Source: Clostridium sp. CAG:302 (GTDB taxonomy: Bacteria > Bacillota_I > Bacilli_A > RF39 > UBA660). From it: a stretch of DNA of 64,000 nt. Location: NCBI GenBank assembly GCA_000431795.1, contig FR887373.1:53818-117817 (forward strand), given 5' to 3'. The position numbers and the translations under genes were made by a program. The notes below the pieces were generated by a model. It did not search any database, was not told where the DNA came from, and worked only from the letters and a program-made list of their open reading frames with translations. This document shows positions 29,285-39,223 of this stretch, piece by piece (positions within the stretch are counted from its first letter, which is position 1; every line of letters starts with the position of its first letter).

Positions 29285-30268
29285 ATGTTTAAAATTGGTA
29301 ATATTGTTATTAAGGGTAATGTAGTACTTGCTCCGATGGCTGGTGTATGTAATAGTGCTTTTAGAAAAATTATAAAAGAAATGGGATGCCCTTTGGTATA
29401 TGCTGAAATGGTTAGCGATAAGGGACTTATTTATGATAGTAAGAAAACAAAGAATATGCTTTACTTTGAAGAGTGTGAGCGACCTATAGCGCAGCAGATA
29501 TTTGGAAGCGATAAAGATACTTTTGTAGAGGCTGCTAAAATGGTTGAAGAAATTATGCATCCTGATATTATTGATATTAATATGGGATGTCCTGTACCTA
29601 AAGTTGCTGTAAAGTCACAAGCTGGAAGTGCGCTTCTTAAGAATCTAAATAAAATAAGAGACATTGTTAGTGCGGTTGCAGAAGCAGTAAATGTTCCAGT
29701 AACTGTTAAAATCAGAAGTGGCTGGGATACAAATAGCATCAATGCTGTAGAGGTTGCAAAAATATGTGAAGAAGCTGGAGCTAGTGCTATTACCATTCAT
29801 GGAAGAACTAGGAGTCAGGGCTATTCTGGAAGTGTTGATCTGGACATAATAAAAAAAGTTAAAGAGGCTGTATCTATTCCGGTAATAGGTAATGGAGATA
29901 TTACTAGTGTTGAATCTGCTGAAAGAATGTTATCCTATACTGGATGTGATGCTATTATGATAGGTAGAGGAGTACTTGGAAATCCTTGGTTAATGAAGGA
30001 AATTATTACATATCTAGATACTGGTAAGATAATCGCAAAACCTAGTTATGAAGATAAAATAAATATGTGTTTTCATCACTTAGATTATTTACTTAAATTA
30101 AAAGATGAAAGGGTTGCAGTACTTGAAATGAGAAGTCATGCTGCTTGGTATTTAAAAGGACTTCCTGGAGCACAAAGCGTTAAAAATGAAATATTTAGAA
30201 CAAAAACTAGCGAAGAATTAAAAAATATTCTTAATAACTATTTAAAAGAACTTAAAAATAATGTATAA
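29285..30268 (+). CDS. dusB: tRNA-dihydrouridine synthase
   Basis: LAPMAGVCNSAFR, DINMGCPVPKV and TIHGRTR. ATG at 29285. Confidence 0.9.
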   Translation: MFKIGNIVIKGNVVLAPMAGVCNSAFRKIIKEMGCPLVYAEMVSDKGLIYDSKKTKNMLYFEECERPIAQQIFGSDKDTFVEAAKMVEEIMHPDIIDINMGCPVPKVAVKSQAGSALLKNLNKIRDIVSAVAEAVNVPVTVKIRSGWDTNSINAVEVAKICEEAGASAITIHGRTRSQGYSGSVDLDIIKKVKEAVSIPVIGNGDITSVESAERMLSYTGCDAIMIGRGVLGNPWLMKEIITYLDTGKIIAKPSYEDKINMCFHHLDYLLKLKDERVAVLEMRSHAAWYLKGLPGAQSVKNEIFRTKTSEELKNILNNYLKELKNNV

Positions 30269-30290
30269 TATTTACTAGGAGATGAAAATT

Positions 30291-30884
30291 ATGAAGGCAA
30301 GTTTTTTTAAAAGAATGGGAGCATTTATATTAGACTATTTTATAGTTATATTTATTGTTTCTTTGATAACAATGGGATTTAATAGTAATAAAACTAATGA
30401 TTTAACAGATAAAATGAGTAAACTATTAAGTGATTATCAAAATGGTGAAATTACTATAGATGAATATAAAGATGAAACTTATAAAATTAATTATGAATTA
30501 CAAAAGAGTAATTTGACTACTAACATTGTTTCTGTAACCTTATATATTGGATATTTTGTAGTGTTTGCAACTTTAAATAAGGGTCAAACATTAGGTAAAA
30601 AACTATTAAAAATTAAAGTAGTGAATAAAGATGGAGAGAAACCTAGTATATGGAATATGTTACTTAGAAGCTTATTTATATATAACATAGTTAGTGCTTT
30701 ATTTAGTATAATATTTGTTAATATATTAAGTGTTAATACATTTACTTATATTTATACAATTGTTGGATATGTAGAATTCTTTGTTATTATAGTATCATTC
30801 TTTATGGTAACTTATAAGAAAGATGGCAGAGGTTTACACGATATGATAGCAGGTACTAATGTAATAGAAGAGGTGAAAAAATAA
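30291..30884 (+). CDS. RDD-family membrane protein
   Basis: KRMGAFILDYFIV N-terminus, 3-4 TM segments, and C-terminal GRGLHDMIAGT typical of the RDD family. Confidence 0.6.
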   Translation: MKASFFKRMGAFILDYFIVIFIVSLITMGFNSNKTNDLTDKMSKLLSDYQNGEITIDEYKDETYKINYELQKSNLTTNIVSVTLYIGYFVVFATLNKGQTLGKKLLKIKVVNKDGEKPSIWNMLLRSLFIYNIVSALFSIIFVNILSVNTFTYIYTIVGYVEFFVIIVSFFMVTYKKDGRGLHDMIAGTNVIEEVKK

Positions 30885-32353
30885 TGGAAAGACAATTTAG
30901 TGAACAAGAACAAGTTAGAAGAGATAAATTAGAAGAAATAAGAAATTATTGTAATCCATATCCAGAGAGATATGAAGTTACTCATAAAATTAAAGATGCT
31001 AGATTATTAGAAGATGGAACTACTGATGTAGCTATTGCGGGTAGAATTGTATTTATGAGAAAAATGGGAAAATTATCTTTTGTAAGAATTCGTGACATTG
31101 AAGGAGACATGCAACTTGAAATTAAAATTGATATGGTTGGTGAAGATAAATATGCTTTCTTTAAGAAATTAATTGATACTGGTGATTTTATTGGCGCAAA
31201 GGGTGAAATATTTACTACACAAACTGGTGAAAAAACTTTAAGAGTACATAGTTTTGAATTTTTAGGAAAGGCACTTAGACCACTTCCTGAAAAATTTCAT
31301 GGCCTTACTGATATGGAAATGAAATACAGACAAAGATATGTAGACTTAATTATGAATGAAGAAACTAGAAAAGTTTTTCTTGGCAGAAGTAAATTATATG
31401 CTTATATTCATAAGTTTTTAGGTGAGAATGGTTTCTTGGAAGTAGAAACTCCAATATTACAAAATGCTGTATGTGGTGCTAGTGCTAAACCATTTTATAC
31501 TCATCATAATGCATTAGATATGGATTGTAATCTTAGAATAGCTCCTGAAACATATTTAAAACAATGTGTTGCTGGTGGATTTAATAGAGTATATGAAATG
31601 GCAAAATGTTTTAGAAATGAGGGTATGGATACAGAACACCTTCAGGAATTTACGCAAGTTGAATGGTATGCTTCTTATTGGAACTTTGAAGATAATATTA
31701 AGTTTTATCAAAGTTTTATTAGAGGTTTACTTACTGAACTTACTGGTAGTACTAAGATTGAATATCAAGACAATGTTATTGATTTTGGTGCTGAATGGAA
31801 AAAAATTAACTATGTAGAAGAAATGAGAAAAGTATTAGGATTTGATTTTCTTGATATTGAAGAACCTTCAATACTTAAGGATAAGGTTGTTGAAGCAGGT
31901 CTATTTACTTATGAAGATCTTGAAGAAGTAAAATCACTTAGTCAAATTATTGATTTTATATACAAGAGAAAAATTAGAACTGATGTTCTAGAACCTACAA
32001 TTATATATAATTATCCGGCTGTTCTTATACCTCTTGCAAGAAGAAATGATATGGATAAAAGAATTATTGATGTCTTCCAGGTTGTTGCTTGCGGTACTGA
32101 ACTTTGTAAGGCATATTCTGAGTTAGTTAATCCTATCACTCAAAGAGAGGCTTTTGAAGAACAATTGAAGGCTAAAGCTCAAGGTGATGATGAAACTATG
32201 GAATTAGATGAAAGTTTCTTGTCTGCAATGGAGCAAGGAATGCCTCCGATAAGTGGACTTGGCTTTGGTATAGATAGACTTATGATGATTATATTTAATC
32301 AACCTTCAATTAGAGATGTAGTATTATTTCCTCAAATGAAGGATAAAAAATAG
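30884..32353 (+). CDS. lysS: Lysyl-tRNA synthetase (class II)
   Basis: OB anticodon-binding domain, FRNEG motif 2 and GLGFGIDRLMM motif 3. Confidence 0.95.
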   Translation: MERQFSEQEQVRRDKLEEIRNYCNPYPERYEVTHKIKDARLLEDGTTDVAIAGRIVFMRKMGKLSFVRIRDIEGDMQLEIKIDMVGEDKYAFFKKLIDTGDFIGAKGEIFTTQTGEKTLRVHSFEFLGKALRPLPEKFHGLTDMEMKYRQRYVDLIMNEETRKVFLGRSKLYAYIHKFLGENGFLEVETPILQNAVCGASAKPFYTHHNALDMDCNLRIAPETYLKQCVAGGFNRVYEMAKCFRNEGMDTEHLQEFTQVEWYASYWNFEDNIKFYQSFIRGLLTELTGSTKIEYQDNVIDFGAEWKKINYVEEMRKVLGFDFLDIEEPSILKDKVVEAGLFTYEDLEEVKSLSQIIDFIYKRKIRTDVLEPTIIYNYPAVLIPLARRNDMDKRIIDVFQVVACGTELCKAYSELVNPITQREAFEEQLKAKAQGDDETMELDESFLSAMEQGMPPISGLGFGIDRLMMIIFNQPSIRDVVLFPQMKDKK

Positions 32354-32452
32354 ACTTAAAGTATTATAAAATAAGGGAAAACACTTGAAATTTTCTCTTT
32401 TTTATTTACTTTTAGTTCATTTGTGTTATAATTAATGTTAGAGGAGGTTATT

Positions 32453-33904
32453 ATGAAAAAACATAGTTTATTTAAAGTAATATTGATTGTTTTTGGAGCA
32501 CTTGTGCTAATTAATGGAGGTCTTGCAATAGCAGGTCAATTTGTTGAAAAACTTAATGTATTTAAGATGATTCCAATTGGTGATACTCTAATTAATTTCA
32601 CTCAGTCATTCTATTACTTCTTTGATACTGCTGTTTATTTATTAGTACTTGGTGCTTTTTATGGTGTATTAAAAGAAGTACCTGCTTATAAGAAATTAGT
32701 TGATAATATTGCTAGTAAAGTTAAAGCTCATGGTAATTTATTTATAATAATAGTTACTATATTATTTGCTGTTTTAACTTCAGTTACTGGTCTTATTGGA
32801 GCAATTCTTGTGTTTGTACCATTTGTTGCTGCTATTATATTAGCGATGGGTCATGATAAGTTAGTTGCTATTAGTTCAACAGTTGTTTCAATGTTAGTAG
32901 GTTTTATAGGAGGTATCTATATAACATTTAGAGATCCTAATGGTTATTATGGGTATAGTGCCACTACTATTGAAGGATTATCTTCATTAGATTTATATTC
33001 TAATATATGGGCTAAATTAGTTCTTCTTGTTCTTGGAGTTGCTTTACTTATATTCTTTATTTTAAGATATATTAAAAATGTTCAAAATAAGAAAGTTAAA
33101 TATGAATTAAATGAAAGTAATGAAGTATTGGTTTCTGAAGTTAAAGGAGACTACAAAAACATTAGAACATGGCCTATAGTTGTTGTTCTATCAGTAATAC
33201 TTGTTGTTCTTATTTTAGGATATTTACCTTGGAATAAGTTATTTGGTATAGAATGTTTTGATAAGTTTAATGAATTGCTACTTGGAATAAAGATTGGAAA
33301 TTTTGAAGTATTTTCTAATGTTATTACTTCTAATGCATATTCGTTAGGTAATTGGGCTAGTCTAGGTTCATATATGTCTATAATTATCACTTTAATTTTA
33401 TTTACTTTAATTCTTAAGTTTATTTATAGAGTTAAATTTGATGAAGCTATTGATAATTTTATGAATGGTGCTAAAAAGATGATACCAACTGTTTTCTTAG
33501 TTATGCTTACATCTGCTATACTAGTATGTGCTTATAACTTTGGATTCATGTCTAATATTATTAGTTTGATTTCTGAATCTAAACTTGGATTAAACATTTT
33601 AACAGGAACTTTAATCAGTGGTTTAGGAACACTTCTTCATTCTGATTTATATTATACTGTGGCTGGTGTATATTCTACAATGATAGCTCAAGTAACTGAT
33701 GAATCATTATATTCTGTATATGCTTTATTATTCCAAAGTGTTTATGGTATTGTTAGTATTATAGGGCCTACTAGTTTGTTAGTAATATTTGCTCTTAAAT
33801 ATTTTGATGTTCCATATACTACTTGGGTAAAATATATATGGAGATTTGTATTGATGTTATTATTACTTGTAATATTAGTATTACTTGTATTATCATTAAT
33901 ATAA
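32453..33904 (+). CDS. Polytopic membrane protein, putative transporter (family not determined)
   Basis: About 12 hydrophobic segments. ATG after GAGGAGG. The function call is weak. Confidence 0.6.
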   Translation: MKKHSLFKVILIVFGALVLINGGLAIAGQFVEKLNVFKMIPIGDTLINFTQSFYYFFDTAVYLLVLGAFYGVLKEVPAYKKLVDNIASKVKAHGNLFIIIVTILFAVLTSVTGLIGAILVFVPFVAAIILAMGHDKLVAISSTVVSMLVGFIGGIYITFRDPNGYYGYSATTIEGLSSLDLYSNIWAKLVLLVLGVALLIFFILRYIKNVQNKKVKYELNESNEVLVSEVKGDYKNIRTWPIVVVLSVILVVLILGYLPWNKLFGIECFDKFNELLLGIKIGNFEVFSNVITSNAYSLGNWASLGSYMSIIITLILFTLILKFIYRVKFDEAIDNFMNGAKKMIPTVFLVMLTSAILVCAYNFGFMSNIISLISESKLGLNILTGTLISGLGTLLHSDLYYTVAGVYSTMIAQVTDESLYSVYALLFQSVYGIVSIIGPTSLLVIFALKYFDVPYTTWVKYIWRFVLMLLLLVILVLLVLSLI

Positions 33905-33919
33905 TTATTTATAATAACA

Positions 33920-33951
33920 AAAAACATCTAAATTATTTTAGGTGTTTTTTT
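33920..33951 (+). terminator. Intrinsic terminator
   Basis: AAAAACATCTAAA-TTAT-TTTAGGTGTTTTT followed by a T-run. Confidence 0.7.
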
Positions 33952-33960
33952 ATATGTTTT

Positions 33961-34050
33961 TGGCTTATATATGATAGGTATGGCTGATACACTATTTTTA
34001 GATTATAAGCTAAAAATAGCACTGAAAGACTTATAAAATAAGGCTTGAAG
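33961..34050 (+). repeat. Twin-hairpin intergenic element, copy 2
   Basis: TGGCTTATATATGATAGGTATGGCTGATACACT box. Hairpin 1 is CTATTTTTAGAT-TATA-AGCTAAAAATAG. Hairpin 2 is AAGACTT..AAGGCTT. Confidence 0.6.
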
Positions 34051-34152
34051 GAAACATAAAGAATAAATAAAAAAAGTCTATTTTTCTTGATTAAAATTTA
34101 GAAAATTATATCATTATATTCATAGAATATGTTAGAGAGGAGAAATAATAAT

Positions 34153-36459
34153 ATGATTGGAAACTTTAATGAAGAAGCACAGACAGTACTAATGAATGCA
34201 AAAAAAGAGATGTTGGATTTAGGACATCCATATATAGGAACAGAACATTTACTTCTTTCTATTTTAAAAACAAATAGTAATATTACTGAAAGATTGAATA
34301 ATTATGATCTTTATTATGATAATTTTAAAGAAGAACTATCTAAAGTTGTAGGTACTAGTAAAAAGAAAAGTGAATACTTTTTATATACACCATTACTTAG
34401 AAAGATAATTGAATCCGCTATTATGGATAGTAAAGATAATAATGATGGCGAAGTAACTTTAGAACACTTATTTTTTTCTATGCTAGAAGAAGGTGAGGGT
34501 ATTGCTATTAGAATATTAATTGGAATGGATATTGATATTGAGTCTATGTATGATGATTTCTCTACTAGTCTTATAAAGAAAAGTAAGAAGAATAAGAAGA
34601 AAAAACTGCTTATAGATGATTTAGGAGTTGATCTTACCAATGAGGCTAAGAATGGTAAATTAGACCCAGTTATTGGAAGAGAAAAAGAAGTTAGAAGAGT
34701 AATGGAAATACTTTGTAGAAGAACTAAAAACAACCCTATTTTAATTGGTGAGGCTGGTGTAGGTAAGACCGCTATCGTAGAAGAACTATCTAGATTAATT
34801 GCTAATGAAGGTGTTCCATCTGGATTAATAGGTAAGAGAGTTATTTCTTTAGATATGGCTACAATGGTTGCTGGTACTAAGTATCGTGGTGAATTTGAAG
34901 AAAGAATGAAAAAAGTACTTAAAGAAATTGAAGATAATACAGAAATTATTTTATTTATAGATGAAATTCATACTTTGGTTGGTGCAGGTGGTGCTGAAGG
35001 AGCAATAGATGCTTCAAATATATTAAAACCTTCTTTAGCTAGGGGTAAAATTAGATGTATAGGAGCTACTACTACTGAAGAATATAAGAAGTTTATTGAA
35101 AAAGATTCTGCTTTGGAAAGAAGATTTCAAAAGGTATTTGTTGAAGAACCTAGTATTAATGAAACTAAAAATATTTTATTTAATATAAGAAATATATATG
35201 AAAAGTATCATAATGTCGTTATTAGTGATGATATACTTAATAGTTTAGTAGATATTTCAGAAAAATATATATTTGATAGAAATAGACCTGATAAAGAAAT
35301 AGATGTATTAGATGAGGTTTGTGCTAGGGTTAGTATCAAAGAAACTGGCAATGATAGATTAAAAAATATTAAGAAGGAAATTAATAGGCTAGGTAAAGAA
35401 AAAAATAGTTTTATTATTGATAATGATATTGATAAGGCTTTTGATATAAGAAAGAAAGAGGCTAAGTTAATGTCAGAACTTAATGAGTTAGCATTATCTT
35501 GTAGTGCTAAGAAAAATGAGGTTACTACTTTTGATATTGCTTCGGTTATTAGTAATAGAGTAAAAATACCTACTGAAGATATACTTAGTAATAATATAGA
35601 TAACATTTATGAAATGGAAAGAAAATTAAAGAGTATTATTATTGGTCATGATAATGTCATTGATAGTCTTATGAATATTACTAAAAGAATTAAATATGGT
35701 GATAATAGATGTTATTCTATGCTATTTGTTGGTCCATCTGGAGTTGGTAAGACATGTTTGGCTAAAGAGTATGCTAAACTTCTAGTAGGAGAGACTAATT
35801 TTATTAGGCTTGATATGAGTGAATATAGTGATAGCACATCGGTTAATAAAATACTTGGTTCTTCTCCTGGATATATTGGATATGATGATAATAAAAATGT
35901 TTTGGAAGAAATTAGAAATAAACCTAATTCAGTATTATTACTTGATGAAATAGATAAGGCACATCCTTCGGTTATTAATTTATTTTATCAGATATTAGAG
36001 GAGGGAAAAATAAAAAATTCTAAAGGTGTTACTATTAGATTTAATAATATGGTTATTATTATGACTTCTAATGTTGGATTTGAAAAAAACAATATTGGCT
36101 TCAATAAAAATAATGATAATATTAATGGTTTAAAAAATAGATTTTCTACATCCTTTATTAATAGAATTGATGGTATTATGACTTTTGATAGACTAAGTGA
36201 GGATGATGTAAGAAAGATTATTTCTAATAAGCTCGAAATAATTAATAAAAAACATTCTGATATTAATATTACTTATGCCGATGATGTAATTGATAAAATT
36301 ATTAAAGAAAGTGATTTTTATGAGTTTGGGGCAAGGCGTCTTGATAAAATTATTTCTAGGGGGATAGAAAATATTATATTTGAAGCTATTATTAATAATG
36401 TTAAGGATGTTTATATTGATAAGTTAAATGAATATGAAAAAAATATCACTAAATCCTAG
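34153..36459 (+). CDS. clpC: ATP-dependent Clp protease ATP-binding subunit ClpC-like
   Basis: Clp_N repeats and two AAA+ modules (GEAGVGKTA, GPSGVGKT). ATG at 34153 after GAGAGGAG. Confidence 0.88.
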   Translation: MIGNFNEEAQTVLMNAKKEMLDLGHPYIGTEHLLLSILKTNSNITERLNNYDLYYDNFKEELSKVVGTSKKKSEYFLYTPLLRKIIESAIMDSKDNNDGEVTLEHLFFSMLEEGEGIAIRILIGMDIDIESMYDDFSTSLIKKSKKNKKKKLLIDDLGVDLTNEAKNGKLDPVIGREKEVRRVMEILCRRTKNNPILIGEAGVGKTAIVEELSRLIANEGVPSGLIGKRVISLDMATMVAGTKYRGEFEERMKKVLKEIEDNTEIILFIDEIHTLVGAGGAEGAIDASNILKPSLARGKIRCIGATTTEEYKKFIEKDSALERRFQKVFVEEPSINETKNILFNIRNIYEKYHNVVISDDILNSLVDISEKYIFDRNRPDKEIDVLDEVCARVSIKETGNDRLKNIKKEINRLGKEKNSFIIDNDIDKAFDIRKKEAKLMSELNELALSCSAKKNEVTTFDIASVISNRVKIPTEDILSNNIDNIYEMERKLKSIIIGHDNVIDSLMNITKRIKYGDNRCYSMLFVGPSGVGKTCLAKEYAKLLVGETNFIRLDMSEYSDSTSVNKILGSSPGYIGYDDNKNVLEEIRNKPNSVLLLDEIDKAHPSVINLFYQILEEGKIKNSKGVTIRFNNMVIIMTSNVGFEKNNIGFNKNNDNINGLKNRFSTSFINRIDGIMTFDRLSEDDVRKIISNKLEIINKKHSDINITYADDVIDKIIKESDFYEFGARRLDKIISRGIENIIFEAIINNVKDVYIDKLNEYEKNITKS

Positions 36460-36472
36460 TGATATTTTGTTA

Positions 36473-37501
36473 TTATTTTATTAATCCCCATCCAGTTACT
36501 ACATATCTTCCACCTTGTCTTTTAGCTGCTGCTGGGGGATTATTATATAGTTTGCCATTTATTGATAATGATGATGATTGACCACCATCTAGGTTGGCAG
36601 CATTGTATGCACCATATCTAGTTAGAATGTCTACCATATCTTGAAGACTGGCACCATTGATGTAGTTTTCCCCGTCAACTACTAGAAATAATATTATACC
36701 TGATTTCGTTTGTCCTATAGCTACTCTTGGAGCATAACCCCATGGATCTCCAACTATTTCAAGTGGTTTTCCATTAACTATCAGGAATGGTCCAAATACC
36801 ATAGCATCATTTATATTTGCTTTTAATGCTTCGTTGGCAGTAGCATTGGTCATTAGTTTTAATTTTCCATCTTTAGTAAGTCCTATTATGTTGTCTCTAG
36901 CGGTATCAACAGTATCTGCTCCCCAAGTTATTTCTCCATCTTGAATAACTACTCCAGTTGGTATATCTGAACCATATCCAGAGTCTTGGAAACCTCCACC
37001 ATTGATACATACTGAACCACCATATCTTTCACACATTGTGGTTATTCTTTCTCCTTTACCACCGACATTAAATTCTTTTGTGGAAATTAGTCTTACTTTT
37101 TCAGGTTTATAGATGGCTACTAGATATCCATTAGAATTTCCTACTTTTAAATCAATTACTTTGTAGTCATCATCAGGATTTTCTCTTGTATATAATTCTT
37201 CCTCATATTTATCTTTATATTTTGATTTTTCTTTAGTGTCTATTACTATTGCATCTGTATCGGCATCTTCTTCAAATGATATGAAGTAGTTACTAGCCAT
37301 TATTTTATCTATTGTTTTTTGATTATAGAAAATATTAGCAAAATATTGATGATGCATAGTTTTCATCGCAGTATTTACATACATATTTCTTATTTTATCC
37401 CAAGGACCATACATCATAAAGAAGCACCAAGCTGCAATTAAATCTAGAATTATAAATAAAATGGTTGTTTTATATATTTTTACTTTCTTTCTTTCTCTCA
37501 T
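36473..37501 (-). CDS. Membrane-anchored phosphodiester glycosidase (NAGPA/DUF2233-like) protein
   Basis: N-terminal TM. The C-terminal ANLDGGQSSSLSING.. motif is typical of this family. The family call is from memory. Confidence 0.55.
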   Translation of the reverse strand: MRERKKVKIYKTTILFIILDLIAAWCFFMMYGPWDKIRNMYVNTAMKTMHHQYFANIFYNQKTIDKIMASNYFISFEEDADTDAIVIDTKEKSKYKDKYEEELYTRENPDDDYKVIDLKVGNSNGYLVAIYKPEKVRLISTKEFNVGGKGERITTMCERYGGSVCINGGGFQDSGYGSDIPTGVVIQDGEITWGADTVDTARDNIIGLTKDGKLKLMTNATANEALKANINDAMVFGPFLIVNGKPLEIVGDPWGYAPRVAIGQTKSGIILFLVVDGENYINGASLQDMVDILTRYGAYNAANLDGGQSSSLSINGKLYNNPPAAAKRQGGRYVVTGWGLIK

Positions 37502-38835
37502 TATTCTACCTCCAAAGGACTATCTATAGTTCCTGTACCTTTGGTAAGTTTATCTTTATCTATAGATATTACTGGTACTATTTTTAAACTTGTTGAAGAT
37601 GATTTTGTATATAACTTGAAATCATTTTGAAATACATACATATTATTGCTATTTTTATCTATTCCAGTGGACATAAAGTAATTTGTTAGTTTATTATTTA
37701 AGATTGGGTCTCCTAGTGAAAGTAGTGACATTTTAGTATCTATTGTCTCTTTAAGTACTTTAGTATAATCAAAGTTTGTAGTATTGCTATATAATCCATT
37801 AGCAAACTTTGTCTCTTTAATTAAATCTTTATAGCTTAATTTATTTAGATATGTATTATTTAGATAGTAAGCTAATGTTTTATTTTTTGTGTCATTATAT
37901 TGATATCCATTAGATGAATAATTGTATTTTTGTTCGTCATTATTTATTATCAAATAATTATTTAGTGCTAATTTTACTTCTTTATCATTAATTTCATATA
38001 TTCTCCAGATATCATTACCAAGTTTTACATAACTTCCGAATAAACTATTTTCTCCTTCAAATGTGTATGGATTATCTTTTGTACCATCACCACCAGTTGC
38101 TTCTATTGTTGCTTTAATTGTTATTACTGGCTTAACTCCTATTACATCAGCACCATTACTTTTACCAAGTTTTCCTTCATTATCTATATACCAAGATTTA
38201 TTTTCTTTATTATTGTTTATTAAATAAAAGTATTCTTCATTATTCATAAAGCTATCATTACCACCAGTGTTTACATAATCATTTAGTGATGGTATTGTTA
38301 TGTAAGTATCTTCAGTTAAATCTTTACATGATATGTTTTTAGTATCTTCGATTACATCTTTACAAGTTTTGGTAAATGTTAAATATTTGTTCATATTATT
38401 TAAATTATTTTCTAGTATGCCAGTATATTCTTCGCTATCTTTTTTATTTAACCATTTACTTATGTATGAAGAATTATATTCTTTACTTTCTCCTTTAGCT
38501 AGTGATGTTATACTACTATCTGATATCATAGTAATTGTATTATCATTATTTATCTTTATTATTCTCCATAATAAATTTGAATATGAGACGTAATTATTTA
38601 TGTTAGTGCCGCTAAAATAGTATTCACCATTAACTATTTTAAAATTTTTATTATCTTTATTGCTTTCTTTAATGTTTTTAGCCATAGAATTTGTTTCTTC
38701 TACTTTGTTATTTTCTATGTATAATTTAATAAATCTTCCTCCATAAAAAATAACACATGCTAGTAAGAACATTAGACTTACTAGATTAAATATTTTTTGT
38801 ACACTTATTTTTCTTTTACTTCTTTCTTTACTCAC
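37501..38835 (-). CDS. Membrane-anchored extracytoplasmic protein with two WRI-type (DUF6273-like) repeats
   Basis: N-terminal TM. LLWRIIKINNDNTITMISD..ISKWLN and IWRIYEINDKEVKLAL repeats. 1-nt overlap with the downstream gene. Confidence 0.55.
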   Translation of the reverse strand: MSKERSKRKISVQKIFNLVSLMFLLACVIFYGGRFIKLYIENNKVEETNSMAKNIKESNKDNKNFKIVNGEYYFSGTNINNYVSYSNLLWRIIKINNDNTITMISDSSITSLAKGESKEYNSSYISKWLNKKDSEEYTGILENNLNNMNKYLTFTKTCKDVIEDTKNISCKDLTEDTYITIPSLNDYVNTGGNDSFMNNEEYFYLINNNKENKSWYIDNEGKLGKSNGADVIGVKPVITIKATIEATGGDGTKDNPYTFEGENSLFGSYVKLGNDIWRIYEINDKEVKLALNNYLIINNDEQKYNYSSNGYQYNDTKNKTLAYYLNNTYLNKLSYKDLIKETKFANGLYSNTTNFDYTKVLKETIDTKMSLLSLGDPILNNKLTNYFMSTGIDKNSNNMYVFQNDFKLYTKSSSTSLKIVPVISIDKDKLTKGTGTIDSPLEVE

Positions 38836-39028
38836 TTCATCATCCCTCTTTTACCATTTAATTATATCAAAACTAATATTTTTTTACAATAGTTCACTTA
38901 TAATATTTTATGTCTTTATTTTAAGTGTTAAGTATAATGCTTTTCTACTTATTATATTTAATAAAATTAAAATAAAAATAATTTACTTAGTATAAAATAA
39001 ATGATATAATGGAACTAGGTGAATTGTA

Positions 39029-39223
39029 ATGAATTATAATTTAGGTGATAAAGTTATCATGAAAAAGGTACATCCATGTGGTTCTAGTGAGTTTGAAATA
39101 ATTAGATTAGGCGCAGATATTAAAATAAAATGTACTAATTGCAGTAGAGTAATAATGCTTCCTAGAGTGGATTTTAATAAAAAAATAAAAAAGGTGGTTA
39201 AAAATGAAAAAAAAGAAAGTTAG
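39029..39223 (+). CDS. DUF951 small protein (YyzM-like)
   Basis: 64 aa. GDKVIMKKVHPCGSSEFEIIRLGADIKIKCTNC pattern. This family is commonly near ychF in Bacillota. Confidence 0.7.
   Translation: MNYNLGDKVIMKKVHPCGSSEFEIIRLGADIKIKCTNCSRVIMLPRVDFNKKIKKVVKNEKKES

Noticed and set aside
34050-34152. A CtsR operator (GGTCAAA repeat) upstream of clpC.
   Set aside because: No GGTCAAA-type direct repeat is present. Only a TTGATT-16-TATCAT promoter candidate and the twin-hairpin element are seen.
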